Assembly (NCBI GenBank): GCA_963666515.2
Contig: OY762897.2
Span: 1,760,001 to 1,824,000 of the forward strand
Direction: 5' to 3'
DNA: 64,000 nucleotides
DNA from: Candidatus Binatia bacterium
Lineage (GTDB): Bacteria; Desulfobacterota; Binatia; UBA9968; JAJDTQ01
Notes under the pieces: generated by a model
What the model saw: only the letters and a program-made list of their open reading frames with translations
Databases searched by the model: none
What the model was told of the DNA's origin: nothing
Translations under genes and position numbers: made by a program
In this document: positions 1-9,385 of the stretch, piece after piece
Position numbering within the stretch: position 1 is the stretch's first letter
Layout: the number at the start of each line of letters is the position of its first letter

Positions 1-1048
1 CCACCACCGCGCCCATCTTGACCAGATCCGTGACCCGCGTCACCGGGAGCCCATCCTTCTCCAGCCGCGACCACAGACCGGTCATGGAGCGCATGGGCAG
101 CGAGAAGGCATAGGACTCGCGGTACGGCTTGAACGGCGGCGCGCCGAACAGGATGGGGTCGTTGCGGTAGTAAAGAGCCGTCACGCGGATCACCGGCTCC
201 GGCACCGAGGTGATCATGTAGTACCCGGTCCACTCGCCGAAGGGTCCCTCCTGACGGGATTCCACGTCGGGAGGCGGCACCTCGCCCTCGAAGGCAATCT
301 CCGAACCGGCGGAGATGGGGAGGCCGGTCATGCGCCCCTTGATGACGTCCACGGGCTCGCCGCAGAGGAAGCCGACGTACTCGTACTCGGGCACGCCGGG
401 CGGACAGCCGGTGGAGCCCGAGGCGGTGAGGAAAACCACCGGCTCCGGTGCCACCGACACCGCCACCGGGCACGCCTCGCCCTTGTCCCAGTACTTGCGC
501 AGGATCGAGCTGCCGTCGTTGGCGGGCTCGCAGAAGAGCCCGGTGGTCTTGCCGTCGTGTACCTGGAGGCGGTAGCTGCCGAGGTTCACGAAGCCTGTGT
601 CCGGGTCTTTGAGGATCACGGCGACGCCGGAGCCGATGTAGGGGCCTCCGTCCAACTCGTGCCAGACCGGCACCGGAATGCGGCCGAGGTCCGCGTCGTC
701 TCCGGTCAGCACGTTCTCCAGCAGCGGGCTCGTGTCCACCACCCGCGGGGCGATGCCCCTGTAATCCGCCCACTTCGCCTTCCACGCACGCATGGCGTCG
801 GCCTCGGGTGTGTCGGGGTGGGTGCCGATGGCCATCAGCGAGCGCTGCCGCGTGCTGGCCACGTTGGAGGCCACGCGGAACCCGGCGGGGTAGCCGGGGA
901 TGTCGTCGAACAGGAGCGCCGGGCCGCGGTGGTGGAAGGCCATCTCGGCGATGCAGCCGATCTCGTACTCCAGGCTTGCGCCGTTCACCCGCTTGAGGTC
1001 GCCGCGGCGGTCCAGCTCTTCCAGGAACATTCTCAGGTCGGTGATCAT
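1..1048 (-). CDS. UbiD family (prFMN-dependent) decarboxylase, 3' end runs off the window
   Basis: Manual translation from ATG 1048: MITDLRMFLEELDRRGDLKRV...ALLFDDIPGYP...NLGSYR...EGPFGEWTGYY (UbiD E-R-E motif). Absent from the ORF track because it is truncated. Confidence 0.9.
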   Translation of the reverse strand, partial: MITDLRMFLEELDRRGDLKRVNGASLEYEIGCIAEMAFHHRGPALLFDDIPGYPAGFRVASNVASTRQRSLMAIGTHPDTPEADAMRAWKAKWADYRGIAPRVVDTSPLLENVLTGDDADLGRIPVPVWHELDGGPYIGSGVAVILKDPDTGFVNLGSYRLQVHDGKTTGLFCEPANDGSSILRKYWDKGEACPVAVSVAPEPVVFLTASGSTGCPPGVPEYEYVGFLCGEPVDVIKGRMTGLPISAGSEIAFEGEVPPPDVESRQEGPFGEWTGYYMITSVPEPVIRVTALYYRNDPILFGAPPFKPYRESYAFSLPMRSMTGLWSRLEKDGLPVTRVTDLVKMGAVV

Positions 1049-1067
1049 GGCGCCGTCCCGCTCCGCG

Positions 1068-2192
1068 TCATCCGTTGAACCGGGGCATATCGACCTTCAC
1101 GCCGTGCCTGGCGGTCTCGGCATCGAAGATGCGGCGGATCTCTGGGTCCTCGTCTTCATACTCGATCTGTGTGCCGCCCTCGTAGATGGAAGTCGAGACG
1201 CCGCCCCGGGTGGCCGCCTTGCGCACGCCGAAGGGGTGCTTGGCGCTGCCGTTGCGAAGCGCCATCTGCAACGCCGGAATCCCCGTCACGTTGAAGTGCT
1301 GGTGGAACCAGTTGGTGGGCGGGCTGAACACGCTGCCCTCCTTCCAGTCCACCCGCACCACCTTGTCGCCCTTGCCGTCGGCGAAGGGCCTGGGACCCAG
1401 GTCGTTGGGCCACATGAGGCTGTAGCCCTCCGAGCTGAGGATGGTCAGGATCGCGCCGCCGCCGTGGTAGTGGGCCTTGGTGTAGCGGCCAGTGGGGAAG
1501 TTGGTGAAGTGACCGATGAGGCTGTTCTCACAGATCTCGAACTGGATATTGAGGTAGCCCGACCCCCGCCGTTCGTTCACCGGAAGCTCCACGGCCCGTG
1601 CGTCCGGTATGAAGTTGGTCTCCCATATCCAGCCGGGCCGGAACACGTCCTTGGAGCGCTTGTCCAGATCGAAGTAGTCCTTGCGTCCGTCGTAGCGGTC
1701 GTCGAACACCTTGTCGGTGTCGTAGATGAAGTCCTCGCGGTAGTAGAGGTCGAAGGCCAGCGGCGCCGTGTTGGTGGCCACAAGGAACGCCGGCTCCTTG
1801 CCCTTGTTGACGATGCGGTGGGTGGTGTTGAGCGGAATCGCGAACAGGCTCCCCTCCTTCCAGTTGACGGCGTTGGTGGCCTCGCCGGGACCCATGTACT
1901 CGGTCTCCCCCTCTCCCTTCATCACGTACACCACCTTCTCGTAGAGGTGCTTGTCCACGGTAGTGGAACCGCCCGGCGGAATCTCCATCACGTACATGCC
2001 GGTGATCCCCTCCATGCCCTTCATGTGCACGAATGAAGTGGGCACGCCCGTGCGGCTCCAGGTCTTGAGCGGATGCTCATGGAGGTTGGTGACGCCGTAG
2101 CCCTCGATGATCGGGATGTCCTGCGAGCGCATCCAGGTCACGTAGGGAGTCTCGCGCGTGCTCATCTGTCCCTTGGCCTTCTCCTCGCTCAT
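1068..2192 (-). CDS. Bicupin domain protein (gentisate-dioxygenase-like fold)
   Basis: Two cupin motifs: EIPPGGSTTVDKHLYEKVVYVMKGEG and AHYHGGG...WFHQHFN. SD-like GGAG precedes MSEEK. Confidence 0.75.
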   Translation of the reverse strand: MSEEKAKGQMSTRETPYVTWMRSQDIPIIEGYGVTNLHEHPLKTWSRTGVPTSFVHMKGMEGITGMYVMEIPPGGSTTVDKHLYEKVVYVMKGEGETEYMGPGEATNAVNWKEGSLFAIPLNTTHRIVNKGKEPAFLVATNTAPLAFDLYYREDFIYDTDKVFDDRYDGRKDYFDLDKRSKDVFRPGWIWETNFIPDARAVELPVNERRGSGYLNIQFEICENSLIGHFTNFPTGRYTKAHYHGGGAILTILSSEGYSLMWPNDLGPRPFADGKGDKVVRVDWKEGSVFSPPTNWFHQHFNVTGIPALQMALRNGSAKHPFGVRKAATRGGVSTSIYEGGTQIEYEDEDPEIRRIFDAETARHGVKVDMPRFNG

Positions 2193-2216
2193 GGTCTCTC
2201 CTTGTTTACTCGCGCG

Positions 2217-2283
2217 GTAGGGGCCGCGTGAAACGGGCGGCAACGCCAATGCTTGCACGGGCCGGTTTGAAACCCGCCCCTAC
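2217..2283. repeat. GTAG-type REP-like palindromic element
   Basis: GTAGGGGC at 2217 and its inverse GCCCCTAC ending 2283; internal GGGCCGGTTTGAAACCCGCCC imperfect palindrome; intergenic. Confidence 0.55.
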
Positions 2284-2291
2284 CGCGTGAC

Positions 2292-3515
2292 TCATTCCCA
2301 TGACCGCACCTGATGCGACAGCTCGATCTCGCACCGTTCTTCCGCCGATTGGATCATGGCGAGGCACACTTCCAAAGTGGCCTCGCCCCAGCGCCCGTCG
2401 TGGGAGACGGGCCGCTCGTGGACCACGGCCTCGTACAGCTCCTGCACCTCGGCCTGACGGCCGGCCATGGCGTTCTCGATGGCCACCTCCCGCCTGCCTT
2501 CCGCTCCGTATACCAGAATGCCGTCCGCCGATTGCCGCAAATCGCCCTTCTCGCAACTGGCGACCGTGAGCCCGAAGAACTTCTGGTGCTTGCGGTCGGT
2601 GGCTGCGTGGCCCCTGCCCCAGATGTTCCAGATCTCGGGGTAGTTCTCGGACTGCTTGGCGCCGTAGCGCATCTGGTCCTTCTGCTCCTCCAGCGCCGCC
2701 TCGTCGCCCGAGACGCTGCGCAGGTTGGCGCGCATCTTGCGGTTGGTCTCCGGGTCGCGGTAGTAGCCGCCCTCGCCCACCCAGTCGTAAAGCTCGGCGG
2801 TGTCGAAGAAGCCGTAGCCGTTGTACACCAGCGTCGCCGGCACGCCGTCGTCGAACTCGAGGTAGCACACGTAGGCGCCTTCGCCCGGACGCAGGTCGTC
2901 CCATACTCCGGTCATGGCGCGTACGCTCCGCACCAGGCCGCCGCCCAGCAGGCGCACGATGTCCACCTGATGCGGCGCTTGGTTGAACAGGATGCCGCGG
3001 CTGGTAACAAGCTCATGGCGCGGCCAGGGCCGGTACATGAACTCGTTGAAGTTCCAGGTATTCACCATGCGCAAGGCGCCCAACTCCCCGCTCCGGATGA
3101 TCTCCCGCATCTTGCGGATGGGCGGATCGAAACTGTGGGTGTGGCCCGCCAGCAGCTTGAGTCCGCGCCGCTCCGCGGCCTCGTTCATGCGCTCGCAGTC
3201 TTCGATGGTGAGTGCGATGGGCTTCTCCACGATGGCGTGCTTGCCGTGCTCCATGGCCAGCAGCGCGTGCTCGGCGTGCATCTCCGGCGGCGTTGCCACG
3301 TAGACCGCGTCGACGTTGGGGCTCTTCACCAAGTCCCTGACGTCATTGTAGCCCTCCGCGCCGAATTCCTCCTGGAATTGCTCCAGCGCATCGTCCCGGG
3401 GATCGGCGGCCGCGGTCAGCTTGATGTGCGGCAGGTCGGTGATGCCGGGACGCTCGGTGAAGATCCGCGTCACCGCCATTCCCAGCCCGATGAATCCCAG
3501 CCTCAACGCCTCCAT
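2292..3515 (-). CDS. Gfo/Idh/MocA oxidoreductase, phthalate cis-4,5-dihydrodiol dehydrogenase-like
   Basis: LRLGFIGLG Rossmann motif, VEKP, GHTHSFD. ATG overlaps the Rieske stop (TGATG). Confidence 0.85.
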   Translation of the reverse strand: MEALRLGFIGLGMAVTRIFTERPGITDLPHIKLTAAADPRDDALEQFQEEFGAEGYNDVRDLVKSPNVDAVYVATPPEMHAEHALLAMEHGKHAIVEKPIALTIEDCERMNEAAERRGLKLLAGHTHSFDPPIRKMREIIRSGELGALRMVNTWNFNEFMYRPWPRHELVTSRGILFNQAPHQVDIVRLLGGGLVRSVRAMTGVWDDLRPGEGAYVCYLEFDDGVPATLVYNGYGFFDTAELYDWVGEGGYYRDPETNRKMRANLRSVSGDEAALEEQKDQMRYGAKQSENYPEIWNIWGRGHAATDRKHQKFFGLTVASCEKGDLRQSADGILVYGAEGRREVAIENAMAGRQAEVQELYEAVVHERPVSHDGRWGEATLEVCLAMIQSAEERCEIELSHQVRSWE

Positions 3516-4789
3516 CAACGTGCGTCCCGCGACTCCCCTTCCAGCCCCCGGTGGTATTCCTTCCAGTTCATCCCGTCCGGCAGGAAGCCGTAGGTGGAGA
3601 GGATGGTGAAGCGGTTGGCTTCCGGCTCCCGCACAACGTTGGCAGGGTCGCGCCCCTGCTCCACGTCGACCATGCCCTTGAGCAGCACCTTGCGCGAGGC
3701 CACGATGGGGGCGTCCGACGCCACCAAGTGCTCTTGAGTGCGGTCCTGGATGGCGGCGCTCTCGGTGACGCACAGGTCCTGGGCCTGAAAGACGTGGCCG
3801 ATACCGCTGTAGCTTTCCGTGTTCATGGAGTCACGGTCCTGGAGATAGCGGTTGGCCTTGTTGCGCAGCGACTTGTAGCTCGGATCGGTAGCCTGCCGCT
3901 CCCGCAGCACCGCTTCCTTGTCCAGGGCGCGCTCGCGGTTGAAGATCAACACGTACTTCCAGTGGTTCTCGTCGTCGATGGGGACGTGCCAGTTCACGGT
4001 GTAGCCGCGCCCGCCCTCCTGGCGCGCGGGCACCGCGCACAGGTTGGGCATGATGAAGGTGCAGGAGCGGATGTAGGTGCGGTCCGGCGGCACCTTGCGG
4101 AGCTTGCAGACCCTCAGGCCCACGTCCACCAACTCCGCGTCCGTGGTCTCGGCGCCCGGCGCCCCGCCTCTGGAACTGAGGCCATTGGCGCCGCCGTGAA
4201 CCGTGTTGGCCTGCACGTCCCGGTCGGTGTAGTGCAGGATCGACACGTGCAGCAGGTCGATGTTGCCTTCGTTCCCCTGCAGGTAGTTACACTCGCTGTA
4301 GAGCTTGGTGCAGAAGACCTGCTCCTCCGGCAGGGTGAGGAACTCGTAGTTGGGCAACAGCGGCGGCTCCCCCGGCCCCATGTAGGCGAAGATCAGCCCC
4401 ACCCGTTCGACGCACGGGTAGGCCGGCTGGCGGATCTCGCTTCGGTGCGGGCCGCCGCCGGGCTCGCCGGGCTGGTCCAGGCAGTTGCCGTGGATGTCGT
4501 AGAGCCAGCCATGGTAGATGCACCGGAGCCCGCCGTCCTCCACCCGGCCGTAGCTCAGGTCCGCGCCCCGGTGGCAGCAGTGGATGCCCAGCAGTCCGGG
4601 GCGCCCCTGGTCGTCCCGGAACAGCACCATGTCCTCACCAAGGAGCCGAACCGGCACGGGCGCGCCGCCGGGCGGCAACTCCTCCGACAACGCCACCGGC
4701 TGCCAGTAGCGCCGCATCAACTCGCCGCACGGGGTTCCCGGCCCCACCCGTGTCAATCGGTCATTCTCTTCCTGCAACATGATCGTCAC
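3515..4789 (-). CDS. Rieske non-heme iron oxygenase (phthalate 4,5-dioxygenase-like alpha3 type)
   Basis: CCHRG...CIYHGW Rieske ligands; EGNIDLLHVSILH mononuclear Fe motif; AQD. Start may be 4780. Confidence 0.9.
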   Translation of the reverse strand: MTIMLQEENDRLTRVGPGTPCGELMRRYWQPVALSEELPPGGAPVPVRLLGEDMVLFRDDQGRPGLLGIHCCHRGADLSYGRVEDGGLRCIYHGWLYDIHGNCLDQPGEPGGGPHRSEIRQPAYPCVERVGLIFAYMGPGEPPLLPNYEFLTLPEEQVFCTKLYSECNYLQGNEGNIDLLHVSILHYTDRDVQANTVHGGANGLSSRGGAPGAETTDAELVDVGLRVCKLRKVPPDRTYIRSCTFIMPNLCAVPARQEGGRGYTVNWHVPIDDENHWKYVLIFNRERALDKEAVLRERQATDPSYKSLRNKANRYLQDRDSMNTESYSGIGHVFQAQDLCVTESAAIQDRTQEHLVASDAPIVASRKVLLKGMVDVEQGRDPANVVREPEANRFTILSTYGFLPDGMNWKEYHRGLEGESRDAR

Positions 4790-4841
4790 TCGCTACCAAC
4801 GGCCGTTGGGTCCCGCGGGCTCCGCCTCACCGCCACGGCCC

Positions 4842-5810
4842 TCAGGCGTCCGCTCCCTCCGGCTCCCAGTAGCCCGCTCCCATACCCATGACGGCGCTGT
4901 AGAAGGGCTGATAGTGGAGGAACGTCGGTCGCACCTTGCCCACGGCCCCCAGAAGCGTGATCCAACTGCGCATCTCGATGCCGCCGTTGTCAAGCAGATC
5001 CCGCGAGGTCAACTGCTCAAGCCTGTCGCCTTCCCCTTCCCTCATCGACTCCAACGCCTTCCGGTCGAACTCCTCGCTGATGGATCCGACGCCATGGGGC
5101 CCCGAGTAGTGCTTCCACGGATAGCCCGCGGTGAAGTGGGACAGGCCGCCCGACGCGTAGACGGCTACCCGCTCGTCTCCCGGCCGGCTCTCGATGATCT
5201 CGCGCATGGCCGCGCCCAGACGGTAGCAGCGCCTGGGGCTCGGCGCCGGCACGTGGATGGCGTTCACGAACACCGGCACCACGGGAATGTCCGCGTCCGG
5301 AAGGACCCGGCGCATGATCGGGCCGTGGGCATGAGAAAGCAACTCGTCCTTGGGAAAGGCGCTGCAGGAGGCCACGTCGAACTCGCGGTCCACCAGGCCG
5401 TTGAGGAGGTCCTGAGCCAGGTCCGCGTGGCACGGGTACTTCGGTCCGCGCAGCCGCGAGCCGTCGCCCGCCCGCTCGGTGGTATGGATCTCCGCGCCCG
5501 TGTAGACGGCGATCTGCGGCAGGTTGTCCTCCGTGAAGTTCTCGTCCTGGTCGTCGCCCACGATGATAACGGCGTCCGGCCGCTGCTCCCGCATCTGCCG
5601 CTCGAAGAACGCCAGCGACTCGCGGATGTGCCGGTAGCCCCTCTCCCGCACCTCCGGAGTCTCGTCCACGATGTTGGGATGAAGCTCCGGCTCCACGCCG
5701 TAACGCGCCTTGTACCGCGCCCGCGTCCGCCCCCGCATCACGTCCCACCCCGTCGGCTCCACCAATGCGTAGGCGTGGGAGGACGCCATCGCGGCAATGA
5801 TCCTGCCCAT
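4842..5810 (-). CDS. LigB/MhpB-type (class III) extradiol ring-cleavage dioxygenase
   Basis: MASSHA N-terminus, PDAVIIVGDDQDENF, SHAH, ASGGLSHF motifs. Confidence 0.85.
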   Translation of the reverse strand: MGRIIAAMASSHAYALVEPTGWDVMRGRTRARYKARYGVEPELHPNIVDETPEVRERGYRHIRESLAFFERQMREQRPDAVIIVGDDQDENFTEDNLPQIAVYTGAEIHTTERAGDGSRLRGPKYPCHADLAQDLLNGLVDREFDVASCSAFPKDELLSHAHGPIMRRVLPDADIPVVPVFVNAIHVPAPSPRRCYRLGAAMREIIESRPGDERVAVYASGGLSHFTAGYPWKHYSGPHGVGSISEEFDRKALESMREGEGDRLEQLTSRDLLDNGGIEMRSWITLLGAVGKVRPTFLHYQPFYSAVMGMGAGYWEPEGADA

Positions 5811-5943
5811 CTATGGCCTCCCGTCTCCTGCTTGCTCCCGCGGAAATCCTCGGACAGGCTTCTACCGTTCGTACGGCGCCGTGCCGCCCAACGCCAAAGC
5901 CGTGAGAACTGCCAGCACTGCCGGCAGAACGGTTCGCTGCGCT

Positions 5944-7577
5944 TCAATCCGCATCGGCGTCTCCGGTAAGGTTGCGGCTCTTGCGCAAGAGCCGTTCGGC
6001 CGCCTCGTCCATGCGTCCCGCCTCGGACAGCGCCACCAGCTCGGCCTCACCTTCCGGCCAGTGGCCCAGGGAGACGCCGTGCCACGGCGCCTTGGGTCTG
6101 AGGGGCGGCAATTCCAGCTCTTCCCAAAGCTCCCGGGCGCGTTCCATGTAGTCCCGGCGCGGCAGCGAGATGGGCGGATTGGCCCACTTGCGGGTGGCGT
6201 CCATGAGCATGGCGGAGGCCCCCTGGGGGCCCGTCAGGGAGGTCGGGTAGCCGCGCGGATGCCGCCGGGAGCGTCCCGCGGCCCCACCGACTCGTCCAGC
6301 CCGGCGCTCCTGCCCTGGATGACCTTCAGGTCCCGGTGCGGCTGGTACCGGTTGGTGACGGCCCAGAAGACCGATTCCAGGTCCCAGGGATCGATGTCGT
6401 CGTCCACCCCGATGACGATCTTGGGCCAAGCGGCGTCCGCGGACATGACCGTGAACAACGCGTGCCACACCTTGCTGTTGGGCGTGCGCACCCCGGCTAC
6501 GTCGTGGAAGCGCACGACGCACAGGTTCTTGGCGCTGCCGCAGTCGTGGAACGCCACGTCCTTGACCTGGGAGATGCCGTGGGCGCGCAGCAGCGCCGTG
6601 ACGTGTCCCTCGCTGTTGACGCAGCGCATCACGCTGGATTCGCTCGGCGGGAGCTGGCAGATCACGTCGTGCCAGATGGGGTCACGGCGGTGGGTGATGC
6701 AGGTCACCTCGAAGGCGTGGACCCAGTGGCCCGGCATCACGTGGCCGCGGTTCTCGCCGCTGGGGCCGTCGAGGTCCATGATGTCGATGGGGATGGCGCC
6801 TTCGATGACCACCTCCGCGGTGGCGGGCACCAGGAGGTCCGAGGTCTCGCACTCCACCACCGGGATGGCTTCGCCGATGAGCCCCCCGGCAGCGTCGAAC
6901 TCGGACACGCTCTGGGGCACGTTGGTGGCGGCCACCAGCGACAGCACCGGCGGCACCCCCACGGCGATGGCGGCCGGCAGCGGCTCACCCCTGGCCCGGC
7001 ACTTCTCCCAGTGCCGGCGCAAATGGCGCGCGGTGCGCACGTTGGCCCGGCCGGCGCCCAGCACGATGCTGTTGTACATGCCGGCGTTGAGATGACCCGA
7101 GTCGGGATCACGGGTGATGCAGGAGGCCGCGGTGACCCGCGGGAACGCCTCCCAGCCGTTGGTAGCGAACGGTATGCCGAACTCGTGCAGCCCGCCGTGC
7201 TCCAGAAGCCCGTCGCCCTTGTGGACCTCTTCCTTCACCGGCCCGGTGGCGACGCGCTCGGGCGGGATAAGCCGGTCCAACGCGTGGGACCAGCGCTCGT
7301 GCAACTCGTCTACGGAACACCCCATCGCCAGCGCGTACATCGCGCGGTTGGCGGCGATCACCGACGACGCGACACGGCCGTTACAGGGCCGTCCGTCGCG
7401 GTCGGTGACGTTCTCGAACAGGAAGCCGAACCGCTCATCCTCGGCAAGGCCCCGGTACTGCCATTTGACCAGCGGATGCAGTTCCCGGTCCTTGTCCACG
7501 GCGCGTCCGATGCGGCGCAGCCAGCCCTTGGCTTCGAGCGCGTCCAGGTACTCGCGGAAGTCTGCGTAGTAGCCCAT
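5944..7577 (-). pseudogene. UbiD family decarboxylase with a frameshift near 6252-6257
   Basis: MGYYADFREYLDALE... frame stops at 6234. The UbiD-like C-terminus (SAMLMDATRKW...RARELWEELEL) continues in another frame to 5944. Removing one GC from CGCGCG joins them. Confidence 0.75.
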
Positions 7578-7602
7578 GGTAGACAATGGGTTCAGGCCGG
7601 CG

Positions 7603-8406
7603 TCATTCGGCTCCCCCATCCCCTCGGCCCCTCGCCAGCAATGCCTCAAGCTCCGCAACCCGAGCTTGCGCCGCCTCCGCCGCCCGCTGCGCCTCCTGCC
7701 GTGCCTGTTTCTCGCGGTCTCGTTCCTGTTCAACCCGATTCCGCTCCTGCTCGACCAATTGGCGCACCCGTCTTTCGTGCTGCCAACCCTGCTCGGTGCG
7801 CCTTCGCGTCTCGTTCGATTCCGCAAGGTTCAGCAGGTACTCCCCCGTGGCCACATCGTGGAACCGCAACCCCCCGCTCCCCAACCGCAACTCCAGCCCC
7901 AGCACCCGGCTCCACATCACCGACCCGCCGTCCGCCAACTCTCTCCCTGCCAATCTACTGTACTCCCCCGACACCAACTCCTCGCCCTGCAGCCGGGGCG
8001 CCAGATAGTCTCCCGTGGGATCGTATTGCCAGTACTCCGTCACTCCAAGCTCCCGATACAGATCCCGCTTCCTTCCCTGGTCTTCCCGCCGCGTGCTCCG
8101 CGACGTCACCTCCAGCACCCAGTCCGGCCCCTTCGGCTCCCGCCACAACAGGTACGAAGACCGGTCATGGGCCGGCGCCCCGAACACTACGAACACATCC
8201 GGCGCCACCCGCGCCTTCACGTTCCCCTCTTCGTAGTAGATCAGCAGGTTGCCGGCCACGTACACGTCGGATCGGTGGCGGTAATAGTCACGCAGGGCGT
8301 TGCGCGCGTAGGCGAGCGGATCGAACTGAAAATCGCTCTCCGCCAACGGCATGCCGTCGGAACTTGGATAGCCGATTTCGACCGGAACGGGCGCATGTTT
8401 TACCAT
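7603..8406 (-). CDS. Uma2 (DUF820) family PD-(D/E)XK endonuclease, copy 1
   Basis: YPSSDGMPLAES, VAPDVFVV, PDWVLEVTS, LGVTEYWQYDP; C-terminal coiled coil. Confidence 0.9.
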   Translation of the reverse strand: MVKHAPVPVEIGYPSSDGMPLAESDFQFDPLAYARNALRDYYRHRSDVYVAGNLLIYYEEGNVKARVAPDVFVVFGAPAHDRSSYLLWREPKGPDWVLEVTSRSTRREDQGRKRDLYRELGVTEYWQYDPTGDYLAPRLQGEELVSGEYSRLAGRELADGGSVMWSRVLGLELRLGSGGLRFHDVATGEYLLNLAESNETRRRTEQGWQHERRVRQLVEQERNRVEQERDREKQARQEAQRAAEAAQARVAELEALLARGRGDGGAE

Positions 8407-8481
8407 GGCTCAGCCTCCATGAAGACCCCTAACACATCGGCGCATCCTGGGCAAAAAGACGTTCCCGCATCGAGTCCAGCG

Positions 8482-9306
8482 TCATTCGGCTCCGCCGTTG
8501 TCCCGGCCTTTCGCCAGCAGAGCCTCGAGTGCCGCAACGCGAGCTTGCGCCGCCCCCGCCGCCCGCTCTGCATCCGCTGTTGCCCGCTCCGCCTCCGCTA
8601 CTGCCCGCTCCGCCTCCTGCCGCGCCTGTTTCTCGCGATCTCGTTCCTGTTCAGCCCACCGGCGCGCCCGTCTTTCATCTCGCCACCCCTGTTCGTTGCG
8701 CCGACGCGTCTCGTTCGATTCCACAAGGTTCAGCAGGTATTCTCCCGTAGCCGCATCGCGGAACCGCAACCCCCCGCTCCCCAGCCGCAACTCCAGCCCC
8801 AGCACCCGGCTCCACATCGCCGAGCCGCCGTCCGCCAGCTCCGTCTCCGCCAATCTCCGGTACTGCCCCGACACCAACTCCTCGCCCTGCAGCCGGGGCG
8901 ACAGATAGTCCCCCGTGGGATCGTATTGCCAGTACTCCGTCACTCCAAGCTCCCGATACAGATCCCGCTTCCTCCCCTGGTCTTCCCGCCGCGTGCTCCG
9001 CGACGTCACCTCCAGCACCCAGTCCGGCCCCTTCGGCTCCCGCCACAACAGGTACGAAGACCGGTCATGGGCCGGCGCCCCGAACACCACGAACACGTCC
9101 GGCGCCACCCGCGCCTTCACGTTCCCCTCCTCGTAGTAGATCAGCATGTTGCCGGCCACGTACACGTCGGAGCGGTGACGGTAATGGTCACGCAGGGCGT
9201 TGCGCGCGTAGGTGAGCGGATCGAACTGAAAATCGCTCTCCGCCAACGGCATGCCGTCGGAGCTGGGATAGTCGATTTCAACCGGAACGGGTGCATCTCT
9301 CTCCAT
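8482..9306 (-). CDS. Uma2 (DUF820) family endonuclease, copy 2 (tandem paralog)
   Basis: Same motifs; near-identical DNA to 7603-8406 over most of its length. Confidence 0.9.
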   Translation of the reverse strand: MERDAPVPVEIDYPSSDGMPLAESDFQFDPLTYARNALRDHYRHRSDVYVAGNMLIYYEEGNVKARVAPDVFVVFGAPAHDRSSYLLWREPKGPDWVLEVTSRSTRREDQGRKRDLYRELGVTEYWQYDPTGDYLSPRLQGEELVSGQYRRLAETELADGGSAMWSRVLGLELRLGSGGLRFRDAATGEYLLNLVESNETRRRNEQGWRDERRARRWAEQERDREKQARQEAERAVAEAERATADAERAAGAAQARVAALEALLAKGRDNGGAE

Positions 9307-9385
9307 GGGTCACCTCCACGAAGAAGCCTACCAAATTTGTACCGTATGAACAAAAACGCGCGGCCACGCGCCCGTGCGAAATGTC

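Noticed and set aside
8540-8640. Short tandem GCCCGCTC repeats as a CRISPR array or VNTR locus
   Set aside because: They encode the EAERA coiled-coil repeats of Uma2. No repeat-spacer array or cas gene is seen anywhere in the window.
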